Assembly (NCBI GenBank): GCA_031316235.1
Contig: JALDRA010000001.1
Location: 1,800,001-1,832,000, forward strand
DNA from: Candidatus Scalindua sp.
Lineage (GTDB): Bacteria > Planctomycetota > Brocadiia > Brocadiales > Scalinduaceae
Length of the DNA: 32,000 nucleotides
Direction of reading: 5' to 3'
The position numbers and the translations under genes were made by a program. The notes below the pieces were generated by a model. It made no database searches and was not told the DNA's origin. It saw nothing but the letters and a program-made list of their open reading frames with translations. This document shows positions 25,239-32,000 of this stretch, one piece after another; positions within the stretch are counted from its first letter, which is position 1; every line of letters begins with the position of its first letter.

Positions 25239-27365
25239 TTAAAAACTATAGCGTAATTCAACGTTAAAGGACCTCTCTGCCTGGGGATAATCGGTAGGAA
25301 CGGTGTTTTTGGGAGAGGGGTCATCATACCCTTTATCAAAAAGATTAAATACAGAACCACGTATCTCAAAGTTATCTATGAAATTTGTCCCGATAAATGT
25401 CATATCCACCACCGTATGTGATGGCAGGTCTTCCCTGGCATCACCATTTTCTCTTGGTCTTGGTCCGCTTATAAAGGTGTGTAAATTTGCATTTACGTAC
25501 TTCCACAACCCCAGGTTAACACCAAAATTTGCCTTGTGTATCGGAACATCAGGAATCCGATTTCTGCTCCTTGTCTCCTCCGTATCCTGAAAGGTATAAT
25601 TAGCATAGGCATAGCTGTTATTACCGAAATCTGCCTTTAACTCAACCTCGACACCCTTGACCCTTACACCTCCCGAGTTAACATATTGCTGAGGGCTTCC
25701 ATCGCCAGCAACTACAATCCTGTCCCGTATTCGATTATAAAAATAATTTATGTTTCCCCTTACATGCTTTGAAAAGTTGTAGCCCAGGCCAACCTCAAAG
25801 GTATTTATCTTTTCCGGGTCAAGACCGGGATTACCTATTACAACGGTGTTATTTGTAAGAAACAACTCGTTAAAGTTGGGCGCCCGGAAGGCTGTGGCAA
25901 AGAGAAGTTTCAGGTTGGCATTTTCTAAAAATCTCCAGATGAACCCGATTCGCGGATTGGTAGTACCGCCAAATCTCGGAAACTGATCATGCCTGACCCC
26001 GACTGTCAGATCAATATCATCTGTAATATTCCACTCATCCTGTAGATAGAACGACCAAATCTGCCTTGTAACCCTCCTGGTAAATGGAAGGGAGTGGGTA
26101 AAATCGGTCATTGAGGAGAGCCCTACCGGAGGTGTTGTATTGGGGATAAAATTAAACGAGGATTTTATATCGCCCTGGTGTATCCATTCGTACTGGAAGC
26201 CAAACGTGAGCTCATTTCCATCGAAAATATTGTAATTGATCTGGTTCTCGAATCCGATGGTCCTCTCTTTCAGTCTTAATCGCCCCTCCAAACCATCAGG
26301 ATATACAATATCGAACGGTCCAAGGGGGGGAGGGACTGTTACGGTAAAACCATCTGGACGCCTCTCAAAAAGGGGGTCAAAATTGTACTGATCATAATAG
26401 AGTCTAGGTATTATCGTTATTTTTTCTCCAAGCGGAAACTGATACAGAATTTCGCCAAAGAGATAGGTATCTTTCAACTCCGTTTCATCATTGAGGGCGT
26501 CACCGATTCCTATATACCCTTCTCTCCTTTTCTTCATATATTTACCCTTAATCTCCAGATTATTATACCCAATCTTCAGATTAAGATCTGTTTTTTCTTT
26601 TCTGTTCTGAGACCTTCCAGGGCTTTTTGAGAACGAGTTCGGGAATAGAACGTCTTGATCTACTGTTTCACTGAAACCTTCAGTATCAAAGAAATCAAAA
26701 AATCCGGAAATCTTCAGAGCACCAATTTGCTTTCCAAACAGCATGTTATAATTCTGCGTGTCAAAGCTCCCTCCGCTCAAAGTCCATTGAAACCCATCAA
26801 TATCTTCCGTGTCTTTTGTTATAACATTCACAACTGCAAGAAATGCATTCTGGCCATGCAATGCAGACCCAGGCCCTCTGATAATCTCTATCCTTTTTGC
26901 ATTTTCAACAACCAGATCACTGAAATTATAAGATCCCCCACCTGATAACGCATCATTGACCGAATGTCCGTCTATCATCAATTTTACCTTTTCTGAATTT
27001 ATGGTAAGGAGACCTCTGGCAGAAATTTCCTTTTCCCCTGTTCTGTCCATAGATATATCAAAGCCTGGAACGGTCCTTAACACATCAGCCAATGATCTGA
27101 ACCCCATCTGTTTTATCTGTTTGGCTGTAACAACACTCATTATTGCCGGTGACTTCAAGACTGTTTGAGGTCTTTTCAGGGCGCTTATAACTATCTCTTC
27201 CTCAGTAAAGATGGCGAAAAGATCGGCAAACTCTCCTTCTAAAACCTGGGCATATGAAGAAGCGGAAGTGAATGAAAACAGTACCAGAAACAGAAAAAAA
27301 TTGAGTTTTAGGGGATTTTTAACTATAGTACAGATCTTTTCTTCCTCCTTTACCCGATCAGGCAA
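25239..27365 (-). CDS. TonB-dependent outer-membrane receptor
   Basis: 708 aa. The plug region reads VISALKRPQTVLKSPAIMSVVTAKQIKQMGFRSLADVLRTVPGF and IEIIRGPGSALHGQNAF. A long beta-barrel ends in NVELRYSF with a terminal aromatic residue. The start is uncertain: the track uses TTG at 27365, but a strong aaggagg lies inside the ORF (codons 5-7) with no canonical start codon right after it. Confidence 0.9.
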   Translation of the reverse strand: MPDRVKEEEKICTIVKNPLKLNFFLFLVLFSFTSASSYAQVLEGEFADLFAIFTEEEIVISALKRPQTVLKSPAIMSVVTAKQIKQMGFRSLADVLRTVPGFDISMDRTGEKEISARGLLTINSEKVKLMIDGHSVNDALSGGGSYNFSDLVVENAKRIEIIRGPGSALHGQNAFLAVVNVITKDTEDIDGFQWTLSGGSFDTQNYNMLFGKQIGALKISGFFDFFDTEGFSETVDQDVLFPNSFSKSPGRSQNRKEKTDLNLKIGYNNLEIKGKYMKKRREGYIGIGDALNDETELKDTYLFGEILYQFPLGEKITIIPRLYYDQYNFDPLFERRPDGFTVTVPPPLGPFDIVYPDGLEGRLRLKERTIGFENQINYNIFDGNELTFGFQYEWIHQGDIKSSFNFIPNTTPPVGLSSMTDFTHSLPFTRRVTRQIWSFYLQDEWNITDDIDLTVGVRHDQFPRFGGTTNPRIGFIWRFLENANLKLLFATAFRAPNFNELFLTNNTVVIGNPGLDPEKINTFEVGLGYNFSKHVRGNINYFYNRIRDRIVVAGDGSPQQYVNSGGVRVKGVEVELKADFGNNSYAYANYTFQDTEETRSRNRIPDVPIHKANFGVNLGLWKYVNANLHTFISGPRPRENGDAREDLPSHTVVDMTFIGTNFIDNFEIRGSVFNLFDKGYDDPSPKNTVPTDYPQAERSFNVELRYSF

Positions 27366-27774
27366 AATGAGACAATGAGATAGTAGTATACGGTCCTATG
27401 TGAACCTTAATTGGTTTCTTCGCACAAAGACAAGGATTTATTGCAATCTTTAAACTCTTTATGGTGGGTTTTTATTTGAGTCTTTAATGAATTTCCTGCT
27501 TCAAGAAATTTTTTGATACGTAAAATAAATACAAATTTGCAACCAGAATTATCTTCTTTTTGTTGTATCAGGGAAAACAGAGCAGGCTGAAGTAAAGAGA
27601 AAAAAACCATTTGTATACTTCCTCTTTCGACCGATTACTCCCTCAACAAATGAGATTGTCAAAAATTTATAATTATTTTTCCTGGGCAATGCTAAAGTGG
27701 GATGGAAACAAAACCGCATTATATACAGAATATTTTTGTACTGCAACTCTTAAAATAGGCTTGTCAAGCCAAAA

Positions 27775-27835
27775 TATACCTTCACCAAGATTTGATTTCC
27801 GGTTTTACCGGAAATCAAATCTTGGTGAAGGTATA
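27775..27835 (-). terminator. Perfect 29-bp stem / 3-nt loop hairpin (possible terminator of the FAD oxidase gene)
   Basis: tataccttcaccaagatttgatttccggt (27775-27803), ttt loop, accggaaatcaaatcttggtgaaggtata (27807-27835), with no mismatch. On the minus strand it is followed by tttt. It is flanked by two small hairpins, ggcttg-t-caagcc (27758-27770) and tcggat-ttt-atccga (27852-27866). Confidence 0.5.
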
Positions 27836-27961
27836 CTCGCTCAATTTTATCTCGGATTTTATCCGAAAACCATTATGAGATGAGTATAGCAATGTCCTGC
27901 CATTTCACCGCTGGTCCACAAAGAGGTATTCCGGGAAACGATATCACGGTTCTGAAACAAC

Positions 27962-29656
27962 TTACGGGTCTCTTTTCTCCTGAACTGGTTGATACCGACC
28001 CATGGAGATAATCTGATGCGGGTCAAGAGCTTCCTTGATATCATTTACTACATCCCAGAAAACATTTGATCCGTATGCCAATTTACTCATACTCTGAATA
28101 CCTGATCTATATGGATTATACCCCGCATTCATGAGTGCATAAAAGAGTTCATCATAACATTGGGATGCTTTTTCAGTTTCATGAGTGTTTTGTTTATCAA
28201 AGGATATCGCAATCACAGAAACCATTGCCCGTTCCGTAATCAACGAGATTGTTACGATCGGCTCGAAACCATACTGACAGAAAATAGGATTTACAATCTC
28301 CATCAAGTCCAGTGCCGCAGTTCCTGTCATTGGCAATATGGGAGATATCCACATCAGCCCGGCATTGTTATCGAGAGGATCCAGGGAATCGGCATCATGG
28401 ATATTTTTTGTCCTCCAGAGTGTGCCGAAAAGGAAAGCATTCGTCGGAACTCCTTTCATAAGCTTGAACGTTTCCTCCAGGGACCTGAGTATCTTCACTA
28501 ATCCATCTCCCCTGCCAAAACGGTTACTGATTTCCGCTATCCTCTTTGTAATTGAAAGCTTTTTATTTCCAACAAACTGTACCCTTCTCAGAAACTGGAT
28601 CCGTGCAACATTACCTACCGCTCTTTTTATCTGCTTCCGGCAATAAGCAACTTGTTTTTTTGTACCAAAAATACCGCCAGACACATTCCAGGCACCAAAA
28701 TTACTGCGCTTTCTAAAATTTTCTCGGACGCTATCCGGCAGAGGTACCGCACCCTTGGTTTCTTCCCAGGGGTATCTATAAAAGGAAGAGATAACACGGA
28801 GATCATTCGCAACATGAACAAGGCTATTTAAGACCCCTTGCATTTTGAGTGGTCTTAAAACTTCTATAACTGAATAGATCTCCTTTTCCTCTGAAACCGT
28901 AAAGAAAAAAGCATTAAAACATTCAGGTTCGGGCAGAAGCCAGATTCCCAGCTTTGTGACAACTCCCAGATTTGACTGGGTAAAAATCCCATCCAGGTAG
29001 GGCCCAATTCCCCACTTGTAAACATTTGCTGACTTTGCATTTCGATAATGCCCGAATCCTGTTGAAAGCACCCTTCCGTCAGCAAGCACGACCTCCATGC
29101 CACAAGATGTAAGAAAATGATCGCCATATGGTGTATGGCCAAAGCCACGCTCCAGGACGTTACCAACTATACTGGCATCCGGTCCGGCACCGGTACAATC
29201 CAACCACAGTGGCAGTCGGTTATCCTGGAGATACTCATACAGCTGCTGCTGGGTGACACCGGGTTCAATGACAGCATAGGCTAATGTAGTGTTTACTTCT
29301 AAAATTCTATTCATCCTGCCAAGGTCAATAAGAACCTGGCCACTTTCAACGGCACAGGTATCTCCATATCCCCAATTCTTACCACAACTGTAGGGGTAAA
29401 CCTTTATTCTCTGCCTGTCGGCTATTTGAAGGATAAGCCTGACGTCATCAACTGAACCAGGTCTTACTATCGCTGCCGGTGACGTACCTTTCGGGAGTGT
29501 GTTTCGCGAATTACGAGAAATCGTTTGATCATCAAATAAAACATTCTCTTCACCAATGGCTTCAACCCATTCTGAGATCGCCTGGTCCAGATTGTCTTCT
29601 CCGTTTTCAGGCAAGAGGTTTCCCTTCAAAAAAATACCTTGACAAGGGCCATTCAT
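27962..29656 (-). CDS. FAD-binding oxidoreductase, VAO/PCMH (FAD_binding_4) family
   Basis: 564 aa. PAAIVRPGSVDDVRLILQIADRQRIKVYPYSCGKNWGYGD and LIDLGRMNRILEVNTTLAYAVIEPGVTQQQL match the PCMH-type FAD-binding domain. The C-terminal cap domain is of the vanillyl-alcohol oxidase / p-cresol methylhydroxylase type. The substrate is unknown. Confidence 0.8.
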   Translation of the reverse strand: MNGPCQGIFLKGNLLPENGEDNLDQAISEWVEAIGEENVLFDDQTISRNSRNTLPKGTSPAAIVRPGSVDDVRLILQIADRQRIKVYPYSCGKNWGYGDTCAVESGQVLIDLGRMNRILEVNTTLAYAVIEPGVTQQQLYEYLQDNRLPLWLDCTGAGPDASIVGNVLERGFGHTPYGDHFLTSCGMEVVLADGRVLSTGFGHYRNAKSANVYKWGIGPYLDGIFTQSNLGVVTKLGIWLLPEPECFNAFFFTVSEEKEIYSVIEVLRPLKMQGVLNSLVHVANDLRVISSFYRYPWEETKGAVPLPDSVRENFRKRSNFGAWNVSGGIFGTKKQVAYCRKQIKRAVGNVARIQFLRRVQFVGNKKLSITKRIAEISNRFGRGDGLVKILRSLEETFKLMKGVPTNAFLFGTLWRTKNIHDADSLDPLDNNAGLMWISPILPMTGTAALDLMEIVNPIFCQYGFEPIVTISLITERAMVSVIAISFDKQNTHETEKASQCYDELFYALMNAGYNPYRSGIQSMSKLAYGSNVFWDVVNDIKEALDPHQIISMGRYQPVQEKRDP

Positions 29657-29966
29657 AAATCAATTATCGACCTGACCCCACTTTTACAATTCTCCCCACC
29701 GCAGTAAGTAAGTAGTATCCACTTCCAGATCCGGCCATCCTGATCAGTTCCCTTTCTGACTTCCTGACACCGAAATAGTAACTTTTAATTTAACGGGAAG
29801 ACGTTTTGAGTTGAAGAGAGAGAAGAAACAATCCAACAGTTTCCTCAGTTATTTATCGTGACCGCACCACTTTTGAAGATACTACAAAGTGCAATATGTA
29901 AGATTCTGATCGTATGCCCAGGAACAACAAAAAGGAAAAAGCAGCAGATGCTGATGTTAAGGAGCA

Positions 29967-29988
29967 AATTTCAGAGGTCTCTGAAATT
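29967..29988 (-). terminator. Short hairpin overlapping the coaD stop
   Basis: aatttcagag (29967-29976), gt, ctctgaaatt (29979-29988). The arms are 10 nt with a 2-nt centre, so the effective stem is about 8 bp. The structure overlaps the TAA at 29987-29989, and the downstream U-tract is weak. Confidence 0.3.
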
Positions 29989-30490
29989 ATATTTCAGGCA
30001 AAGAATTATTTACCCCGGCAAATTTCTGCTTAAGAAGTTTTTCCACTTCAGACGGTACAAATGAGGACACATTTCCCCCCAGGCTGATAGCTTCTTTTAT
30101 CAAGCTGGAATCAAGATACGAATATTCGAGACTCGCCATTACAAAGACCGTTTCTGCATCTTTTTTCAGCACTCGATTGGTAAGAGCTCTCTGGAATTCA
30201 TACTCAAAATCCGATACAGTTCTAATACCTCTCAGGATTACGTTAATTTTTTTCTCTTCCATATAATCAACCAGCATGCCTTCAAAACAGTCGACCTTAA
30301 CATTTGAGAGTTCTTTTGTGTATCGTGTGATCAATTCCATTCTTTCCTTCAGGGTAAATATCGGTTTCTTAAAAGGATTGTGACCGACGGCCACAATAAG
30401 GTTGTCGAATATATCGCTCCCACGCTTAACAAGATCAAGATGCCCATACGTAACCGGATCAAAAGTACCGGGGTAAACAGCATTCCTCAT
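29987..30490 (-). CDS. coaD: Phosphopantetheine adenylyltransferase
   Basis: 167 aa. MRNAVYPGTFDPVTYGHLDLVKRGSDIFDNLIVAV carries the T/HxGH nucleotidyltransferase motif, and ILRGIRTVSDFEYE is also present. Confidence 0.93.
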   Translation of the reverse strand: MRNAVYPGTFDPVTYGHLDLVKRGSDIFDNLIVAVGHNPFKKPIFTLKERMELITRYTKELSNVKVDCFEGMLVDYMEEKKINVILRGIRTVSDFEYEFQRALTNRVLKKDAETVFVMASLEYSYLDSSLIKEAISLGGNVSSFVPSEVEKLLKQKFAGVNNSLPEI

Positions 30491-30508
30491 TACACATTTC
30501 CCAATCCA

Positions 30509-32000
30509 TTAAAACATAAACATGTTTCTTATATTCTGTGTACCCCCCCCGCGAGGGACAATATCAAAACGGGCAACGTTATTTGTTCGGACTTCATCTA
30601 CCGCTAGCGTCATGCTTCCAATCCAGTCATGGAAAAATCTAGAAATCACAATACTGGTATTGAGATTTGAGCTCTCTTCGGAAACAAGGGTTCCCGCCAC
30701 ATTTGTTTTTCTTGTCTTAAAGTCAAATAATTCAAAGAAACGCACCTCCCATTTTTCGCCGAGAGATACGGCTGATGAAACTACCACAGAAGAACTGATG
30801 TTTTCAATGAACCTGTTACCGAGATAGAAACTCCATTTTGGCATATTATTATAATTAACACCTAAATTAAACACATCAATACCCCCTCTATCCAGGTTAA
30901 ACTCATTATGTTCTGAAAGAATTGAAATTTTATCGCTCAAATTAAACCGCATATCCAATTTAATATAATCATCACGTTTTCTATTTAAACCCGCATTACC
31001 TGGAAATAAGTTAAATTCAATATCAAAATCAGCAATGTCCACGGGTATCTCACTGCCTGTCTGCCCTCGTTTTGTTTGAAACCTGTTACGGACGCCAAAT
31101 GAGACCGACTGATACGTGTCCAATGCATCCACCCCATCAAACTGGTTTAAATCTTCCGGGTCCTGTGATACGATCGGGATAAAATTAAAACGCATTTCCG
31201 GGGTAATTATATGCCTGAGCCTGTTTATGTTGAGAAATTTATTATAAGTGCTGTAAGTTCTTGAGATGGTGGTGTTTGCTTCAATACCAAGCGTGCCTGC
31301 TATTCTCAGACGGGGGGTACCACCCCCTATGTTCTCAGACGTAACAGGGTCTCTCTTGACACTCTCGCTGTAGCCGGTAAGACGAGCTCCTACAAAAGGG
31401 TTAAACCTTACCCCAAAAAAACGAAACGGTGCGCTGAGCAAATGATCAGTATCAAACCTGATCGTTTCCTCCGGCTCCAGCCTGACAGGCACTCTGTCAA
31501 AGACTCTTTCTGCGGTCAATAAAGCCCCACGACCAAGAAATCTTTCCTCCGCCCTCTTCGGAGAAATTCCATCAAACATTCTGCTTTGATAAGCAAGTCC
31601 CGTTTCAGCTGTGTAATTCAGCCTACCCTCCCATAAGGGTTCCCCTATCATACGATACTTGAATTCCGGCAATGATTCATTTTTCCTGTTGAGCCTTGTT
31701 GAATCAACATAGGTATCATATGTCCTCAGCTGACGCTCTGCCCGCACAGTCATTCCCCTGTTATCAGAAATTTTCCTTAGATACAATAACGTTTCCCTGT
31801 CTTTATCTGTTTTAAACTCCATAACGTGAAATTCTCGAAAATAACTTCTATCGCTTACTTGTGAGACTTCAATATCAGCTCTCCAGCCATTCCGCAGCAA
31901 TTGTCTGTGCCGCCAGAGAAAGTGCCCTCTATCGTTATCCTCAACGGGAACACTATTAATATCAAAATCCTCTTTGTCCTGAATATAATAGGTCCTTGCC
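30509..32000 (-). CDS. lptD: LPS-assembly outer-membrane protein LptD (OstA family), C-terminal part; 5' end outside the window
   Basis: The frame stays open upstream of the track's TTG at 31900, all the way to 32000 (ARTYYIQDKEDFDINSVPVEDNDRGHFLWRHRQLLRNGWRADIEVSQVSDRSYFREF). The W..H.Q......W......VSD..YF.(D/E)F pattern and the long beta-strand-rich C-terminus fit LptD. Confidence 0.65.
   Translation of the reverse strand, partial: ARTYYIQDKEDFDINSVPVEDNDRGHFLWRHRQLLRNGWRADIEVSQVSDRSYFREFHVMEFKTDKDRETLLYLRKISDNRGMTVRAERQLRTYDTYVDSTRLNRKNESLPEFKYRMIGEPLWEGRLNYTAETGLAYQSRMFDGISPKRAEERFLGRGALLTAERVFDRVPVRLEPEETIRFDTDHLLSAPFRFFGVRFNPFVGARLTGYSESVKRDPVTSENIGGGTPRLRIAGTLGIEANTTISRTYSTYNKFLNINRLRHIITPEMRFNFIPIVSQDPEDLNQFDGVDALDTYQSVSFGVRNRFQTKRGQTGSEIPVDIADFDIEFNLFPGNAGLNRKRDDYIKLDMRFNLSDKISILSEHNEFNLDRGGIDVFNLGVNYNNMPKWSFYLGNRFIENISSSVVVSSAVSLGEKWEVRFFELFDFKTRKTNVAGTLVSEESSNLNTSIVISRFFHDWIGSMTLAVDEVRTNNVARFDIVPRGGGTQNIRNMFMF

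Noticed and set aside
27407-27610. 67-aa minus-strand ORF (MVFFSLLQPALFSLIQQKEDNSGCKF...) with agaggaag 9 nt upstream of its ATG
   Set aside because: It could be a real small protein or leader peptide between the oxidase gene and the receptor operon. It has no recognisable motif, its composition is AT-rich and Lys-rich, and I cannot assess conservation. That is too weak to report as a gene.
27366-27760. Cobalamin riboswitch or Fur box upstream of the TonB-dependent receptor
   Set aside because: I read both strands and found no B12-box-like core. I found only a direct repeat, aatgaga-ca-aatgaga (27366-27385), which does not fit the 19-bp Fur palindrome. There is no support for either element.

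Overview
The window reads as a Gram-negative-type chromosome segment, since LptD and a TonB-dependent receptor are present. GC is roughly 40-45% by eye. It falls into three zones.

(1) 1-10.6 kb is housekeeping. It holds the 5' end of a PAS sensor gene, a B12-binding radical SAM gene, tRNA-Gln(UUG) and alaS. These are followed by rpmF-plsX-fabH-[341 bp gap]-acpP-fabF, the classical fab cluster without yceD, fabD or fabG.

(2) 10.6-20.3 kb is accessory and visibly decaying. It contains:
- a membrane-anchored jelly-roll protein;
- a 977-aa secreted alkaline phosphatase whose 3' half is a 588-bp tandem repeat (2.5 copies, module order A-B-A-B-A);
- a degenerate zinc-ribbon transposase remnant;
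- a frameshift-split secreted protein carrying a divergent copy of module A;
- an IS630-family element (1218 bp, CTAG target, TA duplication, transposase broken three times in A-runs);
- a secreted protein with two PPC domains;
- a stop-riddled integrase N-terminal fragment abutting tRNA-Gln(CUG).

(3) 20.4-32 kb is all on the minus strand. A six-gene, tightly coupled operon runs TonB-dependent receptor -> orphan PF04392-type periplasmic binding protein -> HAMP histidine kinase -> CheY-like receiver -> REC-HD-GYP -> UbiE/MenG methyltransferase. It is followed by a VAO/PCMH-type FAD oxidase, coaD and the 3' part of lptD.

I saw no CRISPR array, rRNA or recognisable defence system. The best candidates for something undescribed are the receptor-to-HD-GYP signalling operon and an uncharacterised module of about 90 aa (SPAPG..TFxW..WLxVGT..VYxRLW). 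That module is amplified in the phosphatase and reused in the neighbouring gene. All family calls come from reading motifs by eye; nothing was searched against a database.
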